DNA of 64,000 bases from Frankiaceae bacterium (GTDB lineage: Bacteria; Actinomycetota; Actinomycetes; Mycobacteriales; SCTD01), in contig JAENVS010000002.1 in assembly GCA_016650445.1 (NCBI GenBank), positions 10,980-74,979 of the forward strand, written 5' to 3'. Made by a program: the position numbers and the translations under genes. Below are positions 7,255-17,035 of the stretch, piece by piece. The notes under the pieces are model-generated. The model was not told where the DNA came from. It saw only the letters and a program-made list of their open reading frames with translations, and searched no databases. Each line of letters starts with the position of its first letter. The stretch's first letter is position 1.

Positions 7255-8525
7255 TCGCCGCCCAGCATGCGGTGCCAGGAGCCCGCGAAGTCCGGCACGG
7301 TCTTGCGCGTCGTGGCGATGTTCTCGACCTCGATGGCGTCCACGCCCAGGCCCAGCACGGCCCAGGCCATCGCGAGCCGGTGGTCGTCGTAGCTGTTCAT
7401 GACGCCACCCGTGAGCGGCCTGGGCCGCACCTCGAGGCCGTCGCTTCGCTCCCGGACGTCCCCACCGCGGGCGTTGATCTCGGTCGCGAGTGCGGCGAGG
7501 CGGTCGGTCTCCTGAAGCCTGATGTGGGCGATGCCGCGCAGGCGGCTCGGTCCGTCGGCGAGCGCGGCCAGCGCGGTGATCACGGTGGCGAGCTCGGGGG
7601 CGTCCCGCAGGTCGGTGTCGATCCCGTGCAGACCCGCTCCGGCCGACACGGTGAGGGAGGTGTCGTCCCTGGAGATCTCGGCGCCCATCGCGGCGAGCAC
7701 ATCGGGCAGCACAGCACCGGGCTGGGCGGTGTGCCGCGGCCATCCCCGCACCGTGACGGAGCCGCCGGCCACGAGCGCCGCCGCGAGGTAGGCCGCCGCT
7801 GTCGACAGGTCGGGCTCGACCGCGGCGTCCCGCGGCACGAGGGGCCCCGGCTGGACCGTCCACTCTCCGGGAGTCGCGTCGTCGACGAGCGCACCTGCAG
7901 CGCGCAGCGCCTCGACGGTCATGGCCAGGTGCGGCGCGCTGGGCAGCGGCGGGCCGTCGTGGCGCACGCGGATGCCGTCGTCGTACCGAGGTGCGCTGAG
8001 CAGGAGCCCGCTGACCAGCTGGCTGGACTCGGAGGCGTCCACGACGACGGCCCCGCCACGCAGGCCCCCGCCGCCCCGGACGGTCACGGGGAGCGCATCC
8101 ACCCGGTCCAGGTCGGCGCCGAGGTCGCGCAGGGCGGCCAGCAGCGGTCCGAGCGGTCGCAGCCGCACCCGGGGGTCGCCGTCGAACCGCACGGTGCCCT
8201 TCGCGAGGGTCGCGACCGGCGGCAGGAAGCGCGCGACCGTGCCCGCATTGCCCACGTCGACGTGGTCGGCTGCCGGCAGCAGCGGGCCGCCCACGCCGTC
8301 GACCACCCAGTCGGTGCCGTCGTCGGCGACCCCGACGCCGAGCGCGCGCAGGCCGGCTGCCATGAGCTCGGTGTCGCGGCTGCGCAGCGGCCGGCGAACG
8401 ACGGAGCGCCCGGGGGTGAGGGCGGCGAGGACGAGCGCGCGGTTGGTCACGCTCTTGGACCCCGGCAGCTCCACCACCGCGGCGAGCGGGTGCGTCGCGC
8501 GCGGTGCAGGCCACAGATCGGTCAC
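7251..8525 (-). CDS. aroA: 3-phosphoshikimate 1-carboxyvinyltransferase (EPSP synthase)
   Basis: LPGSKSVTNRAL, NAGTVARFL, SSQLVSGLLL and DHRLAMA motifs. The GTG at 8525 (GGGAG upstream) is preferred. An in-frame ATG at 8579 is an alternative start. Confidence 0.9.
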   Translation of the reverse strand: MTDLWPAPRATHPLAAVVELPGSKSVTNRALVLAALTPGRSVVRRPLRSRDTELMAAGLRALGVGVADDGTDWVVDGVGGPLLPAADHVDVGNAGTVARFLPPVATLAKGTVRFDGDPRVRLRPLGPLLAALRDLGADLDRVDALPVTVRGGGGLRGGAVVVDASESSQLVSGLLLSAPRYDDGIRVRHDGPPLPSAPHLAMTVEALRAAGALVDDATPGEWTVQPGPLVPRDAAVEPDLSTAAAYLAAALVAGGSVTVRGWPRHTAQPGAVLPDVLAAMGAEISRDDTSLTVSAGAGLHGIDTDLRDAPELATVITALAALADGPSRLRGIAHIRLQETDRLAALATEINARGGDVRERSDGLEVRPRPLTGGVMNSYDDHRLAMAWAVLGLGVDAIEVENIATTRKTVPDFAGSWHRMLGGE

Positions 8526-8639
8526 TCGCTCAGTCTCCCAGGTGACATCGGCGACAGGCTGTAACCGGAATCCGGACATCTCGGTCGTGAAGTCACGCGT
8601 TGTAGTCAAGGATTCGCCCGAACCCGCCGAGGGGACAGC

Positions 8640-9500
8640 ATGCGCCTTCCGCTCACGTCCCCCGCGCTCCGTCGACTGCTGGCCGCTCTTGCGCTCGGTG
8701 CGACCGCCGCGGCGGGGCCCGTCCCAGCCGCGACGGCCGTCGCCGGCGGCCTGGCAGAGGGTCGCGACGTCGCGCCCGTCGTCGTCTCCGTAGGCGCCGA
8801 GAGCGCCGCGCACTGGATCCCCGCCCCGCGCCGCCGCCTGGCCACCCCGACGCTCAGCACCAGCGCGACGGTCGTGTCCGCGCCCGTCGTCGCCGCTGCA
8901 CCGAACCTCACCCCCGCGCACGCGGGCAGCTACAGCTTCATGGCCGAGCCGACCGCCGGCGACCCGATCCGCTGGGACGCCTGCGGCACCGTGCACTGGG
9001 TCTTCAACCCCGCCAACGCCCCGGCCGGTGGGCTCGCCGCGGTGCAGAGCGCCGTCGCCAGGGTCTCCAGCGCGACCGGACTGCACTTCGCGTACGACGG
9101 AACGACCACGGCGGTCCCCAGCGGCGCCTACCTCGATGGCCAGAGCGGCGTGACCGGGTTCAAGCCGCTGCTCATCGGGTGGAGCACCGCGTCGGCGTCG
9201 AGCCTGCTGGCGAACCAGCCGGCCAACCTGGTCGGCATGAACCAGACGATCTGGGCCCGTCCGGCGACCGGGGCGACCCACATCGTCAGCGGCGTCGTCG
9301 CCCTCAACGCCGGTGTGAAGGCAGCGACGACCGGCGGCAACTCGTGGTTCACGTTCGCGCTGCACGAGCTCGCTCACGGGGTGGGCCTCGGCCACACCTC
9401 CGACGCGACGCAGATCATGGCGCCGACGATCCCGGCGGCGGCCACGGACTTCGGCAGTGGTGACCTGGCCGGCCTGGCGAAGCTCGGCGGCACCTGCTGA
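8640..9500 (+). CDS. Secreted zinc metalloprotease (matrixin/M10-like)
   Basis: Signal peptide, then the HELAHGVGLGH zinc-binding motif (HExxHxxGxxH) followed by a Met-turn-like IMAP. Confidence 0.7.
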   Translation: MRLPLTSPALRRLLAALALGATAAAGPVPAATAVAGGLAEGRDVAPVVVSVGAESAAHWIPAPRRRLATPTLSTSATVVSAPVVAAAPNLTPAHAGSYSFMAEPTAGDPIRWDACGTVHWVFNPANAPAGGLAAVQSAVARVSSATGLHFAYDGTTTAVPSGAYLDGQSGVTGFKPLLIGWSTASASSLLANQPANLVGMNQTIWARPATGATHIVSGVVALNAGVKAATTGGNSWFTFALHELAHGVGLGHTSDATQIMAPTIPAAATDFGSGDLAGLAKLGGTC

Positions 9501-9528
9501 GGCAGGCAATCGCACCTATCCTGACCGC

Positions 9529-10059
9529 ATGCGCCGCTCTGCACCGATCCTCGCCGGCGTCGCTCTGCTGCTGCTGACTGCCTGCTCGGGCGGCAGTGAG
9601 CCGCAGGCCCTGCCCTCGCCGGTGCCGACGTTCGCGGCCCCGTCGCCGTCCCCCTTGCCGACGTGCGCCCCCGCGCCGAACACGACCTACTCCTGGCCCA
9701 AGCAGATCCCCCAGGACCTGCCGAAGATCCCGGGTGCGGTGATCGAGTCGACCCGGCAGACCCAGGACGGTCTGTTCATCGTCCTGTTCTCCACGAAGGC
9801 CTCGCTGCGCGATGGTGTGCTGTTCATCGTGAAGAAGCTGCCACCCGCCGGGTTCGTCCTTGGGCGCGGTGACGCAGAGGCGTCCGAGGCGGACGCGCCG
9901 TTCAACAAGGGGGACCTGCGCGGCGTGCTGCGCGGCGCGGCCGTGGCGTTGTGTGAGACGAAGTGGGTGCTGGCGGTGACGCGACAGAGCCGGAGCACGG
10001 GCACGCCGCTGCTCCCGGCCCACACCGGCCCGTCGCCCTCGCCACTGCCGTTCGGCTGA
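9529..10059 (+). CDS. Lipoprotein, unknown function
   Basis: ATG 9529 gives MRRSAPILAGVALLLLTAC, a lipobox LLTAC. No recognisable catalytic motif. Confidence 0.6.
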   Translation: MRRSAPILAGVALLLLTACSGGSEPQALPSPVPTFAAPSPSPLPTCAPAPNTTYSWPKQIPQDLPKIPGAVIESTRQTQDGLFIVLFSTKASLRDGVLFIVKKLPPAGFVLGRGDAEASEADAPFNKGDLRGVLRGAAVALCETKWVLAVTRQSRSTGTPLLPAHTGPSPSPLPFG

Positions 10060-10088
10060 GGGCGGCCCGCACGCACTAGGGTCCGCGC

Positions 10089-11015
10089 GTGGATCCCGGC
10101 GTGCTGCTGCAGGCACTCGTCGGTGGGCTCGCGACGGGTGCCGTCCTGGGCCTGGTCGCCCTCGGCTTCACGCTCATCGCGGGCACGGTGCGGGTGCTGC
10201 ACCTGGCTCACGGTGACCTCGTCGTGGCCGCCGTGTTCACCGGGGTTCTGGTGGTTCTCGGCCGTACGCCGGTCGCGACGACGCTCGACCCCGGCCCCGC
10301 CCTCGGCTTCGCGCTGCTCGTCCTCGCCGCGGGTGCCGTGCTCTCCGGAGCCGTCGGGTGGCTCGCGGTCCGGCCGCACCTGCCGGACGTCGCCTCCGGC
10401 CGCCAGGGCGACGCCCTGGGGTGGGTCGCCGCGCTCGTCGCTGCCGGGCTCTTGCTGCGCGAGGTCCTGGGGGTGCTGCTCCCGCAGGAGGCGTACGCCG
10501 TCCCGGACCCGCTGCGGCTCGACGCCCTGAGCGCCACCGGCGTCTTCTCGCTGCCCGGGGGCGGGTCGCTGCCGGCGCGTGTCCCGGCGGTTCTCGTGAT
10601 CGCCCTGGTGGTCGGCGTGACCGCCGAGCGGGTGCTCGTGCGAAGCCGGTTCGGCAAGGCGCTGCGCGCGGTCGCGGACGACCCGGACGCGGCTGCCCTG
10701 TGCGGCATCCCGGCCAGGCGCGTCGTACTCACCGCGTTCGTCGCCGCGGGCCTCCTCGCCGGCATCGCTGGGCTGCTGGACGCGCCTGGCCGCGCGATCG
10801 GCGTCGACGACGGGGTCGTCCTCGGACTGGCGGGGATCGGTGCCGCGCTGCTCGGCGGACTCGGGTCCCTACGCGGCGCGCTCGCCGGCGGTCTGGTCGT
10901 GGGAGTTGCGCAGTCGCTTGCGGTCACGTCGCTGGGGGCGGAGTACGCCGACGTCGTACCGCTGGGTCTGGTCGTCGTCCTGCTCGCCGTACGTCCGCTG
11001 GGGTTGCGCCGGTGA
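10089..11015 (+). CDS. Branched-chain amino acid ABC transporter permease (LivH-like)
   Basis: Polytopic membrane protein with a typical LivH N-terminus (LLQALVGGLATGAVLGLVALGFTLI) and a TGA/GTG overlap with the next gene. Symbol withheld: family-level call only. Confidence 0.75.
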   Translation: MDPGVLLQALVGGLATGAVLGLVALGFTLIAGTVRVLHLAHGDLVVAAVFTGVLVVLGRTPVATTLDPGPALGFALLVLAAGAVLSGAVGWLAVRPHLPDVASGRQGDALGWVAALVAAGLLLREVLGVLLPQEAYAVPDPLRLDALSATGVFSLPGGGSLPARVPAVLVIALVVGVTAERVLVRSRFGKALRAVADDPDAAALCGIPARRVVLTAFVAAGLLAGIAGLLDAPGRAIGVDDGVVLGLAGIGAALLGGLGSLRGALAGGLVVGVAQSLAVTSLGAEYADVVPLGLVVVLLAVRPLGLRR

Positions 11016-12703
11016 GTGCCGTCGAGCTGGCTCAGGCACTGTGGCTGCTGGTCGCGGCTCTCGGGCTCGCCCTGTCGGTGCAGCACGCGGGTCTGCCGGT
11101 CCTGGGCCAGGGCGCCTTCGTCGCCGTGGGCGGTGTCGGCACGGCGCTGCTCGGCCCGGGTGGCAGGGGCTGGCCCCTGCTGGTCGCTGCCCTCGTGTCG
11201 ATCCTCGCCGCGGCGGTGCTCGGGCACCTCGTCGCGCTCGCCGCGAGCCGGCTCGAGGGCGCCTATCTGGCGCTCGCGACGTGGGCGCTGGCGTGGCTGG
11301 TCTACCGGATGATGCTGGCGTTCCCCTCGACCTTCGGCGGAGCGCAGGGGCTGGTCCGGCAGTCGCCGGCGCATCTGGTCTCGCCGTGGCTGGGGCTCGA
11401 CCTGACCCTGACACCCGCGGTCCATGTCGTGGTCGCCGCGGTGACGTGCGCGCTCGTCGTCGTGGCGGGCATCCGCATGACACGCGGGCCGGCCGGCCTC
11501 GATCTCGCCGCTCTGCGCGAGGGGCCGGAGCTGGCCGCGTCGCTCGGCATCCCGGTGGCCGCGCGCCGTCGCGCTGTCCTGACCGTCACCGCGGCGCTCG
11601 GTGCGCTGTCCGGTGCCGGCACGGTCGTGCTCCTGGGACTGGTCGCGCCGGCCGACGTCAGCCCGCTGCTGTCGCTGCAGCTGTTCGTCGCCGTCCTCGT
11701 CGGCGGTACGACGTCGTGGTGGGGACCAGCCCTCGGCGTTGCGCTGCTGACGGCCCTGCCGCACGTCGCGGACGCGCTGCCCGGCGACGCCGAACGAGGA
11801 CGCGGAGTGCTCACCGCGGCGCTGCTCGTCGTCGTGCTTCTCGTCCGCCGGGTACTGGCGCAGGGCCGGCGCACCGCGGCCGCCGCGCCGCGCGGCGCCG
11901 CGGTGCCGGATCTGCCGCACCCGGTCCGCGACGCCGACACGGTGCTGCTGCGCGCCCGAAGCATCACGGCGTCGTACGGGTCGTTGCGCGCCCTCGACGG
12001 TGTCACGCTGGAGCTGTGGAGCGGCCACGTGCACGCCCTCATCGGCCCGAACGGCTCGGGGAAGTCCACGCTCATCAAGGTCCTGTCCGGCGAGCTCGAG
12101 CCCGACAGCGGTGAGGTCGAGGTGCGCGGAACCACCATGACCGCTCCGGGGCCGGAGCAGCGCGTGCTCGAAGGGGTTGCGGCCACACCGCAGCGCACGA
12201 TCATCCTGCCCGGGTTGACGCCGGAACGGCAGGTCGCGGTTGGGCTGCGCGGGGGCTCGCGACCGCGTCAGGCGGTGCTGCGGCACCTGCTGGCGACGCC
12301 GTCGTCGCGCGTCGCCGCGCGACGGACGGCATCGTTGGTCGCCGAGCTCCTTCGGGAGACGCGGCTCACGCCGGTCGCGAGGCTGGACCCCGCGGAGCTC
12401 ACCGTCGGCGAGCAGCGCATCCTGCAGATCGCGCGCGCACTGGCCACCGGCGCCCGTGTTCTGCTGCTCGACGAGCCCGCGGCCGGCATGTCCTCCGACG
12501 AGCGGACCACGTTGCGGCACGTCCTTCGGCGGCTGGCGGGGAACGGCATCGCCGTGCTGCTCGTCGAGCACGACATGACGCTCGTCAACGCAGTGGCCGA
12601 CCACGTCACGGTTCTCGATGCCGGTCAGGTGATCGCCACTGGTCGACCCAGTGAGGTGCGAGCCGACCCCGCGGTTCAGCGCGCCTATCTTGGGACCCCA
12701 TGA
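11012..12703 (+). CDS. Fused LivM-like permease / LivG-like ATP-binding protein
   Basis: One uninterrupted frame. The N-terminal half is polytopic. The C-terminal half has Walker A GPNGSGKST, signature LTVGEQR and Walker B LLLDEPAAG. Confidence 0.75.
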   Translation: MSAVELAQALWLLVAALGLALSVQHAGLPVLGQGAFVAVGGVGTALLGPGGRGWPLLVAALVSILAAAVLGHLVALAASRLEGAYLALATWALAWLVYRMMLAFPSTFGGAQGLVRQSPAHLVSPWLGLDLTLTPAVHVVVAAVTCALVVVAGIRMTRGPAGLDLAALREGPELAASLGIPVAARRRAVLTVTAALGALSGAGTVVLLGLVAPADVSPLLSLQLFVAVLVGGTTSWWGPALGVALLTALPHVADALPGDAERGRGVLTAALLVVVLLVRRVLAQGRRTAAAAPRGAAVPDLPHPVRDADTVLLRARSITASYGSLRALDGVTLELWSGHVHALIGPNGSGKSTLIKVLSGELEPDSGEVEVRGTTMTAPGPEQRVLEGVAATPQRTIILPGLTPERQVAVGLRGGSRPRQAVLRHLLATPSSRVAARRTASLVAELLRETRLTPVARLDPAELTVGEQRILQIARALATGARVLLLDEPAAGMSSDERTTLRHVLRRLAGNGIAVLLVEHDMTLVNAVADHVTVLDAGQVIATGRPSEVRADPAVQRAYLGTP

Positions 12704-13926
12704 GACCGAGGACGGCGGTGCTCCACCGGCTGCTGCTCGTGGTGCTCGTCTGCGCCGCAGCGGCCTGCTCCGGGAGCGACGCCGCGTCCTCGAAGAACGG
12801 CGAGGTGCTGATCGTCGTGTCCGCGCCACTGACGGCGCAGCCGTGGATCGGCCGGTTCGCCGAGCGGGGCGCGAAGCTCGCCGCCCAGGAGCTCAACGCC
12901 GATGGCGGGGTCGAGGGAAAGAAGGTCGTGGTCTCGGTCCTCGACAACGGCGGGTCACCGCAGCGTGCCGTCGCCAACGCGCGCACCGCGGTCGCGCAGG
13001 GCGCGGCGGCACTCATCATCGACGGCGTCGGCGCCGTGGCTACAGCTGACGTGACCGACCCGGTGTCGCTGCCCGTCTTCATGGTGTTCGAAGGCGGTGC
13101 CTCGCTCGTCGACGCGACCCAGCGCCCGACCCTGTTCAGGATGGCGCCGGCCAACAAGCCCATGGCCACCAGGCTCTCCGACTACATGTCGGAGAAGTAC
13201 AAGGTCGTCGCGCTGCTCGCGGACGACTCGACCTACGGACGCGAAGGCGCCGTCCAGTCACGTATCGCCTTCACACGCAACGAGATCCGGGTCGCCTCCG
13301 ACAAGACCGTTCCCGAGGGGGCGAGCGACGTCGCGACGCAGGTGCTCGACGCCCGGCGGGCGGGTGCCCAGGCGCTCGTCGTGTGGACTCGCGCGACAGG
13401 TCTCGCGGCCGCGATGCGGGCAGCCCGGTCCAGTGGCTGGGACGTGCCGATCTACAGCGGGCCGACCGGTGAGGACCCACTCGTCCGGCAGCGGCTGGCG
13501 GACCACCCCGAGTGGGTGGAGGGCCTGACGTTCGTGTCGTTCCGCATCACGAGCGAGACCGGGCCGGCGCCGTTCGCGGCGTACCGCAAGGCCTACGTGA
13601 AGGCCTTCGGCGAGGACGAGGTCGGTGTGACCGCTGGTGGCCGACGGGTCCTCATGCCGCCGGACTGGTCGATGTACTCCTACGACTCGGTGAAGCTCGT
13701 CGCCGCGGTGCTGAAGAACTCCGGCGGCAAGCTGGGTGGGCCGTTCATGGACGCGATGGAGCGGACCGTCATCACCGGTGCCAACGGCGACGAGCGCGGG
13801 TTCGGTGCCGAGGACCGCGAGGGCGTCAGCCCGGATGACATGTACTTCGGCGTGTTCAAGGACATGCGGTTCGCCTCGGTCACCGACGACATCCTCTCGA
13901 CCAACCTCCCCGTCGTCGAGCAGTAG
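12700..13926 (+). CDS. ABC transporter substrate-binding lipoprotein (Leu/Ile/Val-binding family)
   Basis: ATGA overlap with the upstream gene. Lipobox LVCAAAAC. Type-I periplasmic binding fold signature regions. Confidence 0.75.
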   Translation: MRPRTAVLHRLLLVVLVCAAAACSGSDAASSKNGEVLIVVSAPLTAQPWIGRFAERGAKLAAQELNADGGVEGKKVVVSVLDNGGSPQRAVANARTAVAQGAAALIIDGVGAVATADVTDPVSLPVFMVFEGGASLVDATQRPTLFRMAPANKPMATRLSDYMSEKYKVVALLADDSTYGREGAVQSRIAFTRNEIRVASDKTVPEGASDVATQVLDARRAGAQALVVWTRATGLAAAMRAARSSGWDVPIYSGPTGEDPLVRQRLADHPEWVEGLTFVSFRITSETGPAPFAAYRKAYVKAFGEDEVGVTAGGRRVLMPPDWSMYSYDSVKLVAAVLKNSGGKLGGPFMDAMERTVITGANGDERGFGAEDREGVSPDDMYFGVFKDMRFASVTDDILSTNLPVVEQ

Positions 13927-13937
13927 CGGCAGCAGCC

Positions 13938-14624
13938 ATGTGCGGGCGCTACGCGAGCAGCGCGAACCCGGACGACCTCGCGTCGTACTTCACGGTGGAG
14001 GAGCCGCCCGAGGAGGTGCTGCCTGCGTCGTACAACGTTGCTCCGACCGATCCCGTCTACGTCGTCATGGAGCGGCACGAGAAGCGCCAGCTGCGGGTCG
14101 TGCGATGGGGGCTCGTGCCGTCGTGGGCGAAGGACGCCAAGGGCGGTGCGCGGTTCATCAATGCGCGCCGCGAGACGGTCGCGGAGAAGCCGGCGTTTCG
14201 CGCGGCCTATTCGCGCCGGCGATGCCTCGTTCCGGCCGACGGCTACTACGAGTGGCAGGTGCAGGGACCGCACAAGCAGCCGTGGTTCCTGGCCGCGCGC
14301 GACCGCTCGCCGCTGGCGATGGCGGGGCTGTACGAGGTCTGGAAGGCGCCGGACGAGACGCTGCTCTGGACCTGCACGATCCTGACCACGGACGCGCCCG
14401 ACGAGCTCGGTCAGATCCACGACCGCACGCCGCTCCTGGTGCCCAAGAACGACTGGGCGAGGTGGCTCGACCCGTCGGTCGAGGACCCGGGCCCGGACCT
14501 CCTCGTCCCGGGTACGCCGGGCTTTCTCGACGCCTGGCCGGTGTCGAAGGCCGTCGGCAACGTGAAGAACAACGGCCCCGAGCTCGTCGAGCCGCAGGCC
14601 GTCGAGGACGCGCCCCTGTTCTGA
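13938..14624 (+). CDS. SOS response-associated peptidase (SRAP/YedK family, abasic-site processing)
   Basis: N-terminal MCGRY with catalytic Cys2. Also NVAPT, RWGLVPSW, INARRET and YYEW motifs. Confidence 0.85.
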   Translation: MCGRYASSANPDDLASYFTVEEPPEEVLPASYNVAPTDPVYVVMERHEKRQLRVVRWGLVPSWAKDAKGGARFINARRETVAEKPAFRAAYSRRRCLVPADGYYEWQVQGPHKQPWFLAARDRSPLAMAGLYEVWKAPDETLLWTCTILTTDAPDELGQIHDRTPLLVPKNDWARWLDPSVEDPGPDLLVPGTPGFLDAWPVSKAVGNVKNNGPELVEPQAVEDAPLF

Positions 14625-15890
14625 TCAGCTACGGCGCCAGACCGCGGTTCCGGCGGCGAACAGCAGGGCGACAGCCGCCAGCACGATGGCGATCGGACCG
14701 GGTCTCGGGTGCAGCACGGGTCGCGCGGCTGACACCGTGTCCGGCGGCGTGAACGCGTAGCGGAACACGGTCGACCCGGTGCCGGGCAGGTCGGCACCGA
14801 GGTAGGGCGAGTACGACGAGGCCCGCGCGCCGGTGGCTGCCGTGGCGACGAGCAGGTCGAGGGCGGCCCGCCGCTCCGCAAGCGGCGGCTTCGACCGCGA
14901 CCACGCGGCCCACGACGGCAGGTCGCGTGGCGGAGCGAGAACGCGTTCGTCCAGCGCCGGCACGACGTTGAGATCCAGCCGCAGCGTGCCCGCGCCGTCG
15001 ACCTCGGCTGCGAGCTCGACGGTGCGGAGCTCGGCGGTGAGTGTGCCCGCGACGACGCCACCGTCGGGCAGGGCCGTGACCCCGGGCCCGGTCACCTTGG
15101 CCGCAGCGCCGGTCACGCGCAACGAGCCGCTGATGTGCAGCGGGACCGACTGAGTCCCCTGGCGCCGCGCGGGTCCGCTGACGTCCAGCGTCTTCGGGAG
15201 TGTCGTCTCGGTGGTGGGCAGCCGCGGACCGGGCGGAGCCTTGGCGGTGCGCAGCGCCAGGTCCAGCGGTCCAGCGAGGACGGCCGCGTCGGCGTCGCTG
15301 CCCGTCGGGAGCTCGGCCGGCTGGGCGGTCCGGTTCTCCAGGACGACGCGGACCGTGCCGGGGCCAGGAAGCTGCCCTCCGGGTGCCAGCGGCTGCGGGC
15401 CGTCGCCGCCGTCGAAGCTGACGGTCGCGCGCAGCGGGAGCCGCTCGGCCTCGAGCCCCGCATCGAGGGTGAGGCGGGCGCCGAGCTTGCGGTTCCCTGG
15501 CGTGAAGCCCTGGAAGACGACCGCGCCGAACTTCGTGTTCGGGGGGTCGGAGTCCGGCACCAGCCCGACGGCGGCGCGAGCCGGCCCGCGCTCCCGGATC
15601 ACGTAGTCACCGACCTTGGTCAGCAGCAGGCGCTGCTCCAGCAGTACGCGATGGGGAGTCCCTGCGCCGTCGACTCCCACCAGCACGACCTCGTCGTTGA
15701 CGACCGGCCCGGGCACCGACGACGCCTTGCACCGGTCCGGCAGCGCGCCGACGACCTTGTTGCAGACGAGCGCGAGCTCCTGCGCGCGCGAGGCGCCCGG
15801 CACCGGGAGCTCTATCGTGGCGGCGTACGCCGGTGCTGCCGAGGCCAGGACGGCCGTCAGCGCAAGCGTGACCGCCGTGACCCTTTGCAC
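14625..15890 (-). CDS. Secreted protein with C-terminal transmembrane anchor, unknown function
   Basis: Signal peptide (TLALTAVLASAAPAYA) and a C-terminal hydrophobic helix (PIAIVLAAVALLFAAGTAVW) followed by RRS. GC3-rich. No family recognised. Confidence 0.6.
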   Translation of the reverse strand: MQRVTAVTLALTAVLASAAPAYAATIELPVPGASRAQELALVCNKVVGALPDRCKASSVPGPVVNDEVVLVGVDGAGTPHRVLLEQRLLLTKVGDYVIRERGPARAAVGLVPDSDPPNTKFGAVVFQGFTPGNRKLGARLTLDAGLEAERLPLRATVSFDGGDGPQPLAPGGQLPGPGTVRVVLENRTAQPAELPTGSDADAAVLAGPLDLALRTAKAPPGPRLPTTETTLPKTLDVSGPARRQGTQSVPLHISGSLRVTGAAAKVTGPGVTALPDGGVVAGTLTAELRTVELAAEVDGAGTLRLDLNVVPALDERVLAPPRDLPSWAAWSRSKPPLAERRAALDLLVATAATGARASSYSPYLGADLPGTGSTVFRYAFTPPDTVSAARPVLHPRPGPIAIVLAAVALLFAAGTAVWRRS

Positions 15891-15978
15891 ATCGGCAGGC
15901 TAGATGCTGTCCGTCCACGCGTGCCCGCGCCGCGGAAGGGCAGAGTGACTGTTACACCAACGATCGAGGAGCACCCCC

Positions 15979-16329
15979 GTGGACGTGCAGGACGCCCGCC
16001 AGCAGCTCGAGCAGATGCTGCATGAGCTCGACACCGCGACGACGACGCTCGAGAGCGAGGGCGCGGGAGACAACGCGGAGCTCAGCCACGTCGACCAGCA
16101 CCCGGCGGACAACGCGAGCGACCTCGTCGACCAGGACCGCGAGAACGCGCTGCTCGAGGCGGCAGACACCCAGCGGGCCCAGATCCGCGCCGCGCTCGCG
16201 CGGATCGACGACGGCACGTACGGCACCTGCACCGACTGCGGCGCCGCGATCAGCGAGGCGCGGCTGTCCGTCCGGCCCGAGGCCGCCCGGTGCGTGGAGT
16301 GCCAGTCGAAGGCGGAAGACGCCGCCTGA
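15979..16329 (+). CDS. DksA/TraR-family C4 zinc-finger protein
   Basis: GAGGAG lies 8 nt before the GTG. Acidic coiled-coil region, then CTDCG..x17..CVEC. Confidence 0.75.
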   Translation: MDVQDARQQLEQMLHELDTATTTLESEGAGDNAELSHVDQHPADNASDLVDQDRENALLEAADTQRAQIRAALARIDDGTYGTCTDCGAAISEARLSVRPEAARCVECQSKAEDAA

Positions 16330-16420
16330 CCCCCCGCTCCTTGATCATCGGCGAGCTACCTGTATCCCAAGGCGCTGATGCGGACAGCTCGCCGTTGATC
16401 ATGGGCTTGTGGGTCGGACG

Positions 16421-17035
16421 ATGAGCGAAATGCGGGAGGTCGAGACTCCTCGCGGGCCGGCGCGGGTGCACCTGGACCCGGGGGAGCGCGGGTTGCTCGT
16501 GCTGGGGCATGGCGCGGGCGGTGGTCCGGAGGCGCCGGACCTGCTCGCCGCGAGAGAGGGCGCGCTGGCAGCGGGCTTGTCGGTGGCACGCGTGGAGCAG
16601 CCGTGGCGGGTGGCCGGGAAACGAGTGGCCGAGGCGGCACCCAAGCTGGATGAAGCCTGGCTCGCTGTCATTGCGCAGTTGCAGTACGACGGCACCCTGG
16701 TCCTCGGTGGTCGCAGCAGTGGCGCCCGGGTGGCGTGCCGTACGGCGACAGAGCTACGAGCCAGCGCCGTACTCGCACTGGCCTTTCCCCTTGTGCCACC
16801 GGGAAGAGCGACCAGTCGGGCGCACGAGCTCGCGCTGCCCACGGTGCCGCGCCTCGTCGTACAAGGACGTCGTGACACCTTCGGCCTGCCGGCCGAGAGC
16901 GACGGCGTTTCCCTGCACGTCGTCGACGGGGCGGACCACTCGTTCGCTGTACGACGGCAGGACGGGCGCACCCGCAGTGAGGTGCTGACCGAGGTGCGCG
17001 AGACCGTGCGGGACTGGCTTCAGACCGTCACGTAG
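16421..17035 (+). CDS. Alpha/beta hydrolase (KANL3/Tex30-like small hydrolase)
   Basis: LVLGHGAGGG, nucleophile elbow GGRSSG, GRRDTFG and DGADHSF. Start ambiguous (GTG 16409, ATG 16421 or ATG 16430). Confidence 0.65.
   Translation: MSEMREVETPRGPARVHLDPGERGLLVLGHGAGGGPEAPDLLAAREGALAAGLSVARVEQPWRVAGKRVAEAAPKLDEAWLAVIAQLQYDGTLVLGGRSSGARVACRTATELRASAVLALAFPLVPPGRATSRAHELALPTVPRLVVQGRRDTFGLPAESDGVSLHVVDGADHSFAVRRQDGRTRSEVLTEVRETVRDWLQTVT

Noticed and set aside
6283-8514. Single 743-aa minus-strand ORF
   Set aside because: Only the last 323 codons (6283-7254) are RsgA. Upstream of the GTG at 7254, the frame runs through aroA in a non-coding frame (Arg/Pro/Ala-rich).
10208-12829. 873-aa ORF on the minus strand across the liv operon
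   Set aside because: It is antisense to three well-supported ABC transporter genes. The translation is an Arg/Pro/Ser/Thr/Ala low-complexity string with no motifs. Long stop-free antisense frames are expected at this GC content.
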